Part shown: one piece after another, positions 41,925 to 56,084 of the stretch | Numbering within the stretch: the first letter of the stretch is position 1 | Layout of the letters: every line of letters starts with the position of its first letter | Assembly: GCA_951406725.2 (NCBI GenBank) | Contig: OX597822.1 | Location: 56,482,001-56,546,000 of the forward strand | Origin: Octopus vulgaris | Lineage: Eukaryota | Reading direction: 5' to 3' | DNA length: 64,000 bases | The notes under the pieces: generated by a model | What the model was told of the DNA's origin: nothing | What the model saw: only the letters and a program-made list of their open reading frames with translations | Database searches by the model: none | Position numbers and translations under genes: made by a program

Positions 41925-42110
41925 ATACGATCTACAACTTTAAGCGGCTTCAATTTCCTATCAAACTCTCCTTTGTAATGACAATAAATAAGGCACAGGG
42001 TCAATCGTTGCAAATGGTTGGTTTAAATCTGACAGAGTAAGTGTTCTCCCACGGTCAAATTTACGTTTGATGTTCTCGTGTTGGCAGGCCGCAAAGTCTA
42101 TACATTTGTG
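41925..42110 (+). mobile_element. Helitron PIF1-helicase C-terminal fragment
   Basis: FKRLQFPIKLSFVMTINKAQGQSL..VGLNL..VFSHGQIYV. Confidence 0.8.
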
Positions 42111-42250
42111 CAACAGAGGGGAAAACAAGAAACGTTGCCTACAAAAAGGCTGTAGTAGAAGACACTTGCCCAAACTGCCACGCAGTGGGACTGAACCCGG
42201 AACCATGTGGTTCGAAAGCAAGCTACTTACCACACAGTCACTCCTACGAC

Positions 42251-42299
<49 letters not shown>

Positions 42300-42487
42300 G
42301 TAATAATAATAGTAAAAGTAATAGTAATAGTAAACGTAATAATAATAATAATAATACACACACATACACAAAAGACACTTGCCCAAACTGCCACGCAGTG
42401 GGACTGAAGCCGGAACCATGTGGTTCGAAAGCAACCTACTTACCACACAGCCACTCCTATGTATGTTTATACATACATATATACACA

Positions 42488-42584
<97 letters not shown>

Positions 42585-43668
42585 CATGCTCGAGCATGAC
42601 TATAAAGCAATTGAATATTTGGGTTGTAAGGTTTTCCTAGCATCCATTAAGTGGAAGATCTCTATGGTTTGTGTATCATAGTATTAACTTGATAAATCCC
42701 GTGTCTTTACTTGTCCATGTGTTAATGTGTCTATTACAATATGTAAAAATAAGATTAACATAACCACCGCACATCTCCTTGACACTATTGATTCTATGGG
42801 ATTTCTCTCTCACAGTTTATAGTGTTTTCTTTATCATACATACTGTATGTGTGTATGTATGTATGTATGTATGTATGTATGTATGTATGCATGAATGAAT
42901 GATAAGAGAAATCACATAGCAACAATAGTGTCAAGGAGGTATGCTGTTGTTTAGCTAATTTTATTTTTGCGTATTGTAATACATACAGTATGTATGTATG
43001 TATGTATGTATGTATGTATGTATGTATGTATGTATGTATGTATGTATGTATGTATGTATGTATGTATGTATGTATGTATGTATGTATTATGTATGTATGT
43101 ATGTATGTATGTATGTATTATGTATGTATGTATGTATGTATGTATGTATGTATGTATGTATGCATGCATGTATTATGCATGTATTACACACACACACACA
43201 GACCTGCCCGCACGCACAAGATGCGGGAGGAAAGAGTGAGAGAAAGTTTTTGCGAAAGAGTCAGCAGAAGTTCGCCATTACCTTCTGTTAGAGCCGCGTG
43301 GAGCTTAGGTGTTTCGCTTATAAACACACATATCGCCAGGTCTGAGATTCGAAACCGCGATCCCTCGACCGCGAGTCCGCTGCTCTAACCAGTAAGCCAT
43401 GTGCTTCCACATACACACACATACCTCCTTCTCTTGCATTTTCTTGTTTTGAAAGAAATTTTTCTTCATCCGTTCCCTTCCGGTCATTTCAACATGTGAC
43501 TGCGATTTTCTTTCTCCAGCTTTCCTTTTTTGGACTTTTTTCTATATTTCTGATGAAGAGCTCCGCTCGCAACGTGAAATCCTCTTTCTTTTCCTCATCG
43601 TCCAATAACACTGTACTTATTCCCCGTCCACGCATTGTTGTTTTTTCTTGCTTCTTCATGTTTGGATT

Positions 43669-43671
<3 letters not shown>

Positions 43672-43727
<56 letters not shown>

Positions 43728-43807
43728 GACATGTATATATGACATATATATATATATACACACATACATATATATATATACACATATATATATATGTATA
43801 TATATAC

Positions 43808-43859
<52 letters not shown>

Positions 43860-43943
43860 GACATGTATATATGACATATATATATATATATATATACACA
43901 CATGCATATATATATATACACACATATTTATATATATATGTAT

Positions 43944-43999
<56 letters not shown>

Positions 44000-44085
44000 G
44001 ACATGTATATATGACATATATATATATATACACACATACATATATATATATATACACACACATATATATATATGCATATACATAC

Positions 44086-44138
<53 letters not shown>

Positions 44139-44222
44139 GACATGTATATATGACATATATATATATATACACACATACATATATATATACACACACATAT
44201 ATATATATATGTATATACATAC

Positions 44223-44282
<60 letters not shown>

Positions 44283-44284
44283 GA

Positions 44285-44373
<89 letters not shown>
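43672..44373. repeat. Compound TA minisatellite, period about 135-140 bp
   Basis: TTATGACATGTATATATGACAT recurs near 43724, 43856, 43996 and 44135 within (TA)n. Confidence 0.8.
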
Positions 44374-44375
<2 letters not shown>

Positions 44376-44986
44376 CAATAATAATTCTCTAAATGAGATA
44401 TAGACAGTGACTGCTCCGTAATATAAGGGATATTAGCCAACCGAATATGGCTAGGGACAGGGCAGGGTGGTGGGGGTGTCACTGTTGCATTTAGCCCCAG
44501 GCGAACATCAACGTCACCAGATAGGTCTGACGCCATCACGGCGTCCTTTATCTTGCAAAGGGAGATCACCCACCAAGAAGCCGATACCACACACGGACCT
44601 AGGTTTCAAGGTGTGTTGCCTATTATCAACGTGTGGTAGGCATCGCTTCTCGATGAACGACCAACTTTGCAAGATACATATAAGGATTTTCAAGTAAATA
44701 CATTTACTGATTTCGAAAATCCGTTCGACAGCAATAATAATTCTCTAAATGAGATATAGACAGTGACTGCTCCGTAATATAAGGGATATTAGCCAACCGA
44801 ATATGGCTAGGGACAGGGCAGGGTGGTGGGGGTGTCACTGTTGCATTTAGCCCCAGGCGAACATCAACGTCACCAGATAGGCCTGACGCCATCACGGCGT
44901 CCTTTATCTTGCAAAGGGAGATCACTCACCAAGAAGCCGATACCACACACGGACCTAGGTTTCAAGGTGTGTTGGCTAATATCCCT

Positions 44987-44993
<7 letters not shown>
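44374..44993. repeat. Near-identical 356-bp tandem repeat ending in a short inverted copy
   Basis: 44374-44618 is repeated at 44730-44974; GTTGGCTAATATCCCTTATATTA at 44971-44993 is the inverse of the internal TAATATAAGGGATATTAGCCAAC; inserted in (TA)n. Confidence 0.8.
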
Positions 44994-45056
<63 letters not shown>

Positions 45057-45058
<2 letters not shown>

Positions 45059-46335
45059 ATCTGACTTCATGCTTCTCTGTTGATGGACCACTTTATTTCA
45101 GTAATAACACTGATGAGTTATTTCGCTGTTTGTTCCAAGAGCATGTTCCAGCTGAATGGTGCTTATTCATTGATTCATCTAAGGGAAACCTCAATGCAGT
45201 ACTACTACACAACGGCAATAAGAAACCATTCATTCCCATAGGACATTCAGTGCACGTGAAGAAGTGTTATGAAAACATGCACGTACTCCTCAATGCCATA
45301 AAGTATACAAACTACAGCGAGAAAATATATGGAGACTTGAAGGTGATTGGAAAGTTGATAGGAATGCAATCTGGGTTCACGAAATATTGTTGCTTTTTAT
45401 GCTTATGGCACAGTTGTGCAACTAACAAGTACTATGTACAATCAGAGAGGCCTTTGCGAAAATCATATGAGCCTTGAGTTTGTAGCGTCCGGAGTAACCA
45501 CTTTTAAATCCAGAAAATGTTCTTCTCTTTCTTCACATAAAGCTTGGCCTCATGAAACAATTCGTGAAGCCACCAGGAAAAGCTCAAAAGTTTTTGAATA
45601 TATGAAGGCCAAATTTCCAAAAAATCATCGAGGCAAAACTGAAGGAGGGCGTATTCATAGGTCTGCAGATAAAAGAACTCCTGAAGGACAACCACTTCCT
45701 CACGGCACTGGATGAGATTGAGCTTAAAGCCTGGGAATCCTTCAAATGTCTCTGAAAATTTCCTAGGCAACAAGAGATCTCTAGAAATGGAGTGAAATGC
45801 CTTCTAGACTCCTACGCTGCAATGGGCTGTCGGATGTCACTAAAAGTCCATTTCCTTGATTCACATCTGGACTTTTTTGCAGAAAGCCTTGGAACAGCGT
45901 CTAATAAGCAAGAGGAACTTTTTCATCAATATATTGCATCGATGGAACAACGATATCAAGGATTTTGGAATGCAGGAATGTTAGCTGATTGCTGTTGGAT
46001 GTTATACAGGGATGAACCTGAGACAAAACACCATAGAAAGTCCAAATCGCAAAGATTTTAAGTTGATATGCTTTTGGTGTATTCCAACTTATTTGTACAC
46101 AATTTTAATTTTGTACAATAACAAACCATGAAATTATCATATCTTGTATTGAATATACTTTATATAGACATGCATTACGAATACTATAAGTTAAAGCAGC
46201 AGGTATCATTAACATGAAAATGTGACCTGATAGAGGGAATCGGACTTCAGATTCGTAATCAGTATCAAAAATTAACCCAGGAAAGTCAATCAGCAACTCT
46301 GATGATTAAAAAAAGTTTCATTTTGTTGACCAGCG
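45057..46335 (+). mobile_element. Probable Chapaev-3-type (CMC) DNA transposon, 3' half, degraded
   Basis: WCLFIDSSKGNLNAVLLHNGN, GDLKVI..LIGMQSGFTKYCCFLCLW, MSLKVHFLDSHLDFF, FHQ.I..MEQRYQGFWN..MLADCCW; terminus TTTTGTTGACCAGCG. Family assignment is from memory of these motifs. Confidence 0.65.
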
Positions 46336-46584
46336 TAATTTGACAGATTTATATAACGTGTCTTGTGTCTGCAACCAATCGTTCGGGTTCAGTGCACCTG
46401 CTTAGTTGTACATGAAAATGAGGATTGCTTGGAAACACAAGGCACGTTATATAAATCTGCCGCATTAACATGTTTCCATGTCATAAAACTATCAATAGCT
46501 TTTATCTGAATGCGTATATTAAAAAATATTTATTTCTCAGTCGAGAGAATACATTTTGGTACTACCTAGAATGTAACAGTTATA

Positions 46585-46653
<69 letters not shown>

Positions 46654-47408
46654 CACAATGAGAAGGCAATCATCTGCAAAGATCGTGCAATTATCGTCAA
46701 ACACACACACACGCACAGAATAGAAGCAATGGATACTCAAGATAGAATATACTGGAAAATATTTATCACTACGATCGTTTCGACACATCTTGCATCGCTT
46801 CCTCGCAGGTGGGAAAATATACTATGAATTACGGTGCATCCCATGGTGAAGAAACATCTCTTCTGCAACGTGGGATGCACCGTAACTCGATCGTTGCAAT
46901 AGATAAAGTTTCCAGTATACTCTGGGGTATTTTAGTTTTACAGGGAATGAGCATTTTACATTAAAGTAGTGATAATCTGACTTGGAAACTCTAGCAAATA
47001 ATTTATTGAGCATTTTGCCGCTTATATGTTGTAGATTTGCACTTTACTTTTTCAGCTGTACCTGTGCATTGCAGTTTCAGTTGCGCAGTTTAGAGTTTAG
47101 GATTCCGAATCCTGTATCACCAAATCGCCTCTGTAGTTTTCTTTTCTCACGTCTTCCTGATGATGTGTGAAGTTGTTCTCGGTATTACGTATCATAGCTA
47201 CAACGATCTGTAAGATACTTTTTAGCAGGAATAAAATTTTATTTTTTAAATTACGTACCCATGCTGGTTTAAGCTTTCTGCTTGAATCTCGAATACTTGC
47301 TTCAGCTCTTTGCAAAACACTAGTGATGTAATAGCTGAGATGTATATCAAAGCTTCTTTTTCCTTTTCTTTCTTTCAGAATTTCATCAACAGTTGAGCCA
47401 TTCATATC

Positions 47409-48888
47409 ATGGAAGGATTGAAATATATTTTCATAATTTCTTTGTTAAAAACTTATATCTATGCGCAAGATCCGATCTTTGATACTACCACTGGGAAGAT
47501 CAAAGGATCAACCATTTCAGTTCAGAATGTTGATCTTGATGTATTTCTTGGAATACCATTTGCTAAACCTCCTGTTGGTAATCTAAGATTTAGAAGACCT
47601 GAACCAATTGAAAGGTGGAGTGGTATAAAAGACACCAAGGAATATGTTTCGGCGTGTGCACAACAAGTACAGGGAGTTGTTGATCCTGACAGTTTATGGA
47701 ATCTAAAAACTAATATAAGTGAAGATTGTCTTTATTTGAACATTTGGGCACCAACAGAATCACGGAAATCTCGTTCAAATTTAACCACGATGATTTGGAT
47801 ACATGGAGGTGCATTTGTTTCTGGGTCAAGTACGCTGGAAATGTATGATGGAAAATGGTTAGCTACCAGTCAAAATATTATCGTTGCATCACTAAATTAC
47901 AGATTAGGGCCCTTTGGTTTTCTTTCCTTAAATGACGAGCGTGCTCCGGGTAATATGGGATTGCTTGATCAAAACCTCGCTATAAAGTGGATTCATGATA
48001 ATATTGCATCTTTCGGAGGAGACCCTGGTAGCCTGACACTGTTTGGACATAGTGCTGGTTCAGCATCTGTTGGTTTTCATACTATTTCCCCACTTTCTCG
48101 GAAGCTTTTCAGGAATGCTATCATGATGAGTGGGTCAACCACCTCCGACTGGGCAATTAGATCAATAGATAGAAACATCGATAGAGCAAAAGCAATGGCT
48201 TCTGCTCTTAAATGTCCAGTGGATAACACTAAATTGATGATAGATTGCTTTTTAGAAGCTGATGCTAAAAAAATAGCTGAAGCCCAATCTTTCAAGTTAG
48301 ATGACTACTTAAAAGTTACTTTCACTCCTGTTGTCGACAATTACTTCTTATCAGGAAATCTAAATGAAATTCTGAACGATACAACCGTGAAAAAAACGTG
48401 CTAACTGGTTTTGTCGAAAATGAAGGAAGTATTTTTGTTCTGACGGCATTTCCAAAAGAAATCCCTGTAAATGGGATTGCGACGATGGGAACAGATACTG
48501 CACATACACTAATGAAAAGTATTACTCAGCCAACATATCTAAATTCTCTGCAAATGGATGTCATCACCTATCTTTATGGTTCTCGTGTCTTCTCCGTTCC
48601 AAAAGCTGAAAAATACAGATACATAATAGAACAAGTATCAGGAGATACATCATTTAAATGTCCTGCTTTTAAATTTGCCGAGCAATTCAGCCGCCATTCC
48701 AACGTCTACATGTATTCTTTCGAGTTTCGATCGCGATTAAATCCCTGGCCGAAATGGTTGGGTGTAGTGCATGGATATGATGTTATATTCGCGTTTGCGC
48801 ACCCGTTATCTAGAAAAGAGTTTGCAGAAGAAGATAAAATAGTGACAGAAAGAATGTCAAGCTTTTTTGTTAACTTTTCTAAATCAAG
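47409..48888 (+). CDS. Cholinesterase-like carboxylesterase, copy B, main coding exon (1-nt frameshift in the A-run at 48390-48396)
   Basis: Nearly identical to copy A. Split into ORFs 47409-48404 and 48398-48892 because the run has 7 A where copy A has 8. Acceptor TTTCAG ends at 47378; donor AG|GTGAGT at 48888. Either a pseudogene or a homopolymer sequencing error. Confidence 0.88.
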
Positions 48889-49188
48889 GTGAGTTTTTAT
48901 TTATTTATTTGCTTATGTTATTCTTTGCGTGTATTGGTGTGTGTATGTGTGTGTGTGTGTGTGTGTGTCTATACTCATTTTTTGGTCTCCTTTTTATAGT
49001 TCTTGCTCGTTCTATGGCAATTTCTGTACACTGAGAGAAGTACGTATATTTACTCACCTCACACATTCGCATACAAAGCGATTCATTCAATTACACAGGT
49101 ACTGACGCAGAGAAACATATACACGCGCTCGCATGCATACGCACACGTACTCACATATATACAGACACGCACATACACACACACACAC

Positions 49189-49223
<35 letters not shown>

Positions 49224-49652
49224 ATAACAGCCACTAACTAATGTGTTTTTGACCCTTTCGGCAAGGAAGGGAGATAAATTTAGACATATATAAGTTTTAT
49301 AATACCTCAATAAAATATAGACTCCTCAGTACTAGCCAATGTAGTAATGAGAGAATTTCGAAGTAGAAACGTTTGTGTATTGACTTAGAAAAATACAGTT
49401 ACTCAAACTTTGATAAATGTTACAGCAGGAAACTCTCAGACCACGAGTCATTCTGTTATTTCTGTTGAATATTGGTATATACATACATACAATCATACAT
49501 ACATACATACATACATACATACATACATACATACATACATACATACAAACATACATACATACATACATGCATGCATGCATGCATACATACATACATACAT
49601 ACATACATACATACATACATACATACATACATACATACGACATACATACATA

Positions 49653-49683
<31 letters not shown>

Positions 49684-49689
49684 TTTTAG

Positions 49690-50780
49690 TTCATCCCATT
49701 AGTAATGTCCGGATTTTAAATAAAGCAAGCAAGTGATCAAATCTTACATTTTAATGAAATTTGATCGTCAATATAGTTTCCATGACCATCTATGACATCT
49801 TTCCATCTACTCGTAAGTTTGTTTTTTTTTATCGCATTAGTGAAAATCTCTTTCGGTTTTGAAGAGGAAAACCCTGAAAGGTCAATTTCGACTTCCTCAG
49901 CTATTTGGGGAGTTGATCCATCCAAATGATTCTACGGAACAAATGGTAATCTGAAGAACAAGGTCTGGAGAATAAGATGGATGAGCAATTTTCTCCAAGC
50001 CAAGTTCCTCGATTTTCTGTAACGTGATCTTTACAGTGGTATCTTGCATTGTCCCGATGAATCACCACACGCTTTCGATTCACTAAAGCAGGACTTTTTT
50101 CTTCAAAGCATCGTTCAAACGGTCTAATTGTTGAAAGTAGATTTTATCATTGATTGTTGCATTAGCTCGTAGCAACTCAAAGTGGATGTCTCCTTAGCAG
50201 TCCCACCACACAGACAGTTGAACCTCATTCGCATGGAGTTCCCTTTTTGTGATCGGGTCTTTTCCCCATCACCAAACCAATGTCTACAACATTTAACATT
50301 TTGATGAAAAACCCATTTTTCATCACCGGTCACTTGTCTGTCCAAATAAGGTGGGATGAGTTCATGAGAAAGAAGAGAAAAGCAGATGTCTACTCGGAAT
50401 TTGCGGCTGGCATCAGACAAATCACGAGGCACCCATTTTCCGAGTTTTGGTACCTTTCCAAGTTGTTGAAGGTTGTTGTGAACAGCTGTATGGCTTTCAC
50501 GAAGCTTGCTTGCCAATTCTTCAACTGAAACTGCATGATGTTTTTCAAGTTTTGCCACTTCTAAATTTTACACATTATCTTCGGCAAGTAATTTCATTCA
50601 GGCACTCTTCTCCATAGACAGAGAATATTTCGAGTCACTCCAGCTGCAGTGTTCCCTTTTTTAAAGTCATGAATCATTATGTGCCTCAGCTGCTCCTTAG
50701 ACGCTACCATGTTTGAAGATCTATAATTAGTGCAATTTCAATTAGATTATCCTGCAAGGTGAAATTTAATTAGTTTAAAT
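49690..50780 (-). mobile_element. Degraded mariner element in the copy B intron
   Basis: LGKWVPRDL, VTGDEKWVF, HRDNARYH, SDYHLFR. Confidence 0.85.
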
Positions 50781-53431
50781 ATGTCCAAATAGATATAAAT
50801 ATTACTTGATACCATTAGACAAATTTCTTTCGATATCACAGAAAGATTAGTCCTTACATTGATGAAAAAAACAGCTAGATAAACTCCACCACCGTCACAA
50901 AATAACAGTCCCTTCGATAAAGATCGATATAGTAAATATATAGTAAAATAAGTACCACCGCTGAAATACCAAAAGTTTCCTTCAAGACTGTCTAAAGCAT
51001 GGTTCCAGTTCAGTGATAGATGAGAATGAATGGAAATGATTATTTGTCAAAATTTATCACCTGGTGTGCACTTAATAAAAGTAAGTGTACAATTTAGTTA
51101 GTTTGTGCACAAATATCAAAGTTCACAAGAAATCTGTCAATGTATATATATATATATATATATATACATACATACACAGAATCATCATCGTCGTCGTCGT
51201 CTTCTTGACCATCATCATCATTTTCCTTGTCATCATCGTTATCCTAATCATCGACGTTGCTGCCGCCACCTCCATCAGCGTCGCTGTCATCATTCCGTCA
51301 TCATCGTCGTCGTTGTCATTTAACGTCCGTTCTCCATGCTAGCATTGGATGGACGGTTTGACAGGAGCCAACGAGCCAGAGGTTTTTCTGGTTAGATAGT
51401 CTTCCTAACGTAACCACTTCACAGTAATTGGTTCTTTTTACCTGACACCATTACCAGTACCAGTGATGTCACTAAGTAACTCGCACGAGTAGACCCTCTA
51501 CTCAAGGGGTGTAATATTGAGAGAGGTGGCTTTATGCCTTGTGATGAGACGTATGATAGAGGAATTGAAACAAGTGTCTTGTGGACTAGATAATATTTAC
51601 TCCAGTTGAACAGGGGTGACAGAGTGTGAAAGATGAGTAGCTGATGGATAGAGATGGGAATAGAGGTGAATGCAGTGATTGAGGAATATGAGAGGAGGTA
51701 TAATAAATGGAAATACCAGCTGGTAGGAGGAAAGGTGAAGGAAATAAGATTAAATCAGTGACATGATATGTAACAGCACAGTTGATGCGGAATGTGGCAG
51801 TGCGCTGGAAATGCACAGCGCCAGGGATAATGTTTGAGGTACATAGGGATTGAAAATAATGAGGGGCAGTCATTGGTAGAATGAAAGGGTGTAGAAAGTA
51901 AGAGTGTAGGTAGAATGGGAATTCAGTCGAAAATAAGATGGTAGGGGATGATGCTGAGGGTGCGACATACGAAGTAAGTGGTTGTGTTAGAAATATCTAA
52001 GTATATTATTGCTTCTACATCTCACTGAACAGGATGGATATAAATACTACACAGATATAATCCAAACAATCAGAAGGACATTCAAATTATCATTTCTACT
52101 CAACAATGTTTTAACCAATATTAGGACTATCAGACAAAAAGTTGTTTGTATTGACCTTTACTCTTTAAACAATGGGTAAGATAGTGAAAAAGTATTTAAT
52201 GCAAGAGAGTACAAACGCATAACTTTATTTACAAAAAAACATTTCAAGGTTTGCTACTCAGTTCGAAATCTAATTATTATGTCCCCATAACTTAGCGTTT
52301 CGGCAAAATTGATGGACAGAAATTCCAGGCTTAAAGGGAAAAGAATAAGTACTGGAGTCGTTTCGTGCAACTGAAATTCTTGATGGTGGTGTCCCAGCAA
52401 GGCCGCAGTGTAATGTCTGAAACAAGTAAAATGAAAAATAAATAAGAGGGGAACAGTTCAATTAATTTTTTTGTGTTTTGGGAGAAGGGTATTTTGGAAG
52501 TGGTTCTGGGATGTTCTTTTTGTTTTGAATTCATATGTGTGTGTATGTATGTAAGTGTAGTGAATGCGTGTGTAGTGAATTTTGAAACAAGTCATATTTC
52601 GGAGATTTTGGGAGACTTGGTGAGAAAAAAAGAAGAATAACACAAATACATATAAAAGTACTAAGGAGGTATTTTGGGGAGATGGTTGCTTTCATGACAG
52701 ATCAGAAAATATCAAACTTGTTTTTCAGTTGCAATAAACTTTCTTTTATACATTGAATGGCTGACAGGTTTTTCTGGTTAGCTCTTGACATCTTCAACTT
52801 TTATTTATTAGCATTAATATATAAAATATACACACCTCCACAAAATCTACACACAGACACACATACACACACACACACACATACACACATGCTGGTATTC
52901 TTTTTGTTTTCATTTGTTTCAGTCATTAGACTGCTGACATGCTAGGGCATCATATAATATCACTCATCCAGGCCTACACTTACACATACTTCCATACATA
53001 CATACATACATACATGCATACATACATACATACATACATACATACATACATACATACATACATACATACATACACACATACATACACACATACACGTGTG
53101 TATGTATGTGTTTATATTTATATATCTTAATAATTTGTAGGTACGTGGTATTTCGTTATGCAGCCATAATATACTATAAAGTATATTAAATGTTTTCATT
53201 AGTCAATACCACGTTGTACTGCGTTGGCAGTGCCTTTTACATTATTCTGTTAAGATTATTTCTACAGATATTCAATAGAAATTATAGACGGCACTGATCT
53301 TTGCTACAACGTTTTGTATTGAGACATCAGATGTAAACAATCACAATGTTTGTTAACATCTAACGTCTCTCTCTCTCTCTCTCTCTCTCTGTACACACAC
53401 ACACACACACACACAAACATATATATATATT

Positions 53432-53506
<75 letters not shown>

Positions 53507-54145
53507 TCTCTCATCACTGACACGTGACCAGAGGGAAGCCACCTTTCCAACTGCTATCTTCACCGAGACAAGACGGCTTATCCTGTCCCTCTCATAAGTT
53601 GTCTCCTTAATGCATTCACAATAATTTTTCCATCATCTTGGCTTAACAGCCCTCTTCGTTTGTTTTTACTGTGTTATTGTCTTTGTCCTGTCTTTTACTG
53701 TTTTTACATGTATTGTTTTTACTCTCTTGTTTTGTTCTTACTGTCCTGTTATTGTTACTATTTTACCCCTCCGCAAAAAATCCCAAATTTTATTTAATTT
53801 GCTTTGCGGGAAGGACTGTTTCAACGAAGTCGCGTCTTGTCCTTACCTTCGGAACGCGGAGTAGGCGAAACGGGGACAACTGCAGAAGGGGAATATTCCT
53901 TGTGTTGAATGTCTCGTACTGTTTATACGTTGCTTGAAAAAAAGTTCGTTTCCACGTTTTTGTCTTTATATTTTCTTTTCTCATTGTGTTCAACGTTTTT
54001 GTGATGTCCTGTACCCATATATGCATGTATATATACATATAGATGTAGGTATGTACATATATGTATGTATATAGGCATATATCTATATATTATTTATACT
54101 ATTATATGAATGATCGAACTCCACGCATCCTTTTCCAAGTAAGTT

Positions 54146-54265
<120 letters not shown>

Positions 54266-54469
54266 AAGTAGATAAATGAATTATCTTATTACGGATTATT
54301 CAAATGATAACCGATACCTGGGTAGCAAAAATCACAACAGAAAAATCACGGTTGAGGTTACGACCATGGAGTCTCAAACCCGTGCCTTAGTGCGGAAATT
54401 TGAAGTTTTATATATTTAGTGTAGGAAGAAATGGAGCTGAACGAAGATTTAACAAAATTCCTTTTTATT

Positions 54470-54555
54470 ATTTTCTACATATGTTTCAAAGGCTGCAAAG
54501 TCCCTAATTCGGTTTGAATAAGGAGTCCATTTTGCAGCCTTCTCTTCAGGAAAAT
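54470..54555 (-). ncRNA. Type I hammerhead ribozyme with extended stem II, antisense within the copy B intron
   Basis: Minus strand: attttc CUGAAGA gaaggctgcaaa...tttgcagccttt GAAA c-atat-g UA gaaaat; 6-bp stem I, 12-bp basal stem II, palindromic stem III ACATATGT, GUA triplet. Confidence 0.82.
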
Positions 54556-54664
54556 CCAGGAACTTAATTCTCCAACAAAATGCACAGCAAGCTTTTCGAC
54601 AAACGCTCACGAGGCGCCCATGGGATAAATGGCACAAAACTGTCTATCAATAAACTATCTACAC

Positions 54665-54756
<92 letters not shown>

Positions 54757-55031
54757 TGTATGTATGTATGTATGTATGCACGTATTGTTGTATTTCAGGA
54801 TGGTAATTTTTTTATGCCAAATAAACACTATATATTTGTTCTTCACTCGTTTATTACTGTTCTTATATTATTATTTTACTCATGTTCACTGTCCGGGAAT
54901 CTTTCGTCACAGGTCTGTAACCTCTTCAGTGGCACTTTTCGTTTTCGTGTGAGTTCTTACTCCATTTACTCGATTCTTTTCTTCTAAGATGTGTATCCTT
55001 ATGAGCGCAAGCTTTTGTGTCCTTGTTTGTT

Positions 55032-55083
<52 letters not shown>

Positions 55084-55559
55084 TGTGTGTTTGTGTGTGT
55101 TTGTGTGAGTGTGTGTGTGTGTGCACGCATGTGAGTGTATGTGCGTGTGTGTGCATGCTCGCGTGTGTATCATAGTTTTTAGTAGCAGTGTGGCCTTCCT
55201 CTCAGCCCCATTCTCTCACCTTATTGTCTTGCTGCTGTCCTAAGACCCAATAAAATGGTACTGTTCTTGTATTCTTCTGTGTATATGTTGCCATCGTAGT
55301 AGTAGTAGTAGTTGTTGTTGTTATGGCCATCATTGTCACCGCTGTTGCGGCTGTCATTGTTGATCGTATTATTGACCGTCCATGAAATTTCTTGTATGCG
55401 TGTTTGTGTGTGTGTATGGGTTCACTTCGTATGTTGCATGTATTCATGCCTTTATACAGATTTATTTATTTTATCTATCTCTATGTCTTATATTTATTAC
55501 AGGAAACAAATATATTTATATATTACTTTATATAATTCTTTTTTTATACATCTATTTCT

Positions 55560-55900
55560 ATTTCTCATAAATATCACAGGTGTTCCATTCGTGTTTTCTA
55601 TTGATGCTTGGGCTGACTACTGTCATGAACATAGCTTCTGTCGATAATACATTAACCTCCATGCTATTAATCGAGCAACCATGTCTTGCCTGAGCATATT
55701 GGTAGAGCACTGGCGAGCTTTTCCCTTCTTTGAGCGCTCGCCTGTGTTTACCTATACGCTCTCATATGCTACTTGCAGTTTCTCCATTTTAGGTAGCTTC
55801 CATGTTTCTGCACCATCCCTCAGTACATCGTAAGTTATACAATACATTCCTAGCCTTACAGTTAACCTGTGGGTTCATCCTACATACAAAACAATTGTAC
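55560..55900 (-). mobile_element. Degraded Penelope-like GIY-YIG fragment
   Basis: Minus frame CKARNVLYNLRC..GWC...GETASSI*ERIGKHRRALK..SPVLYQYAQARH. Confidence 0.55.
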
Positions 55901-56015
55901 TCCTTACAGGGGACTTATCAAAGGATAGGTATATATATATATATATGTATGTGTGTGTTTGTAAATATATATATACAAGCACATGCACACACACATACAC
56001 ACACACACACACACA

Positions 56016-56084
<69 letters not shown>

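Noticed and set aside
44700-44737. Minus-strand CUGUCGA...GAAA...UA hammerhead-like string
   Set aside because: Core mismatch and no stem I or stem III pairing.
53828-53880. HDV-like ribozyme resemblance (GGCGAAACGGGGAC with possible P1 and P2 pairing)
   Set aside because: No valid P3 or P1.1 could be built; probably coincidental within a repeat.
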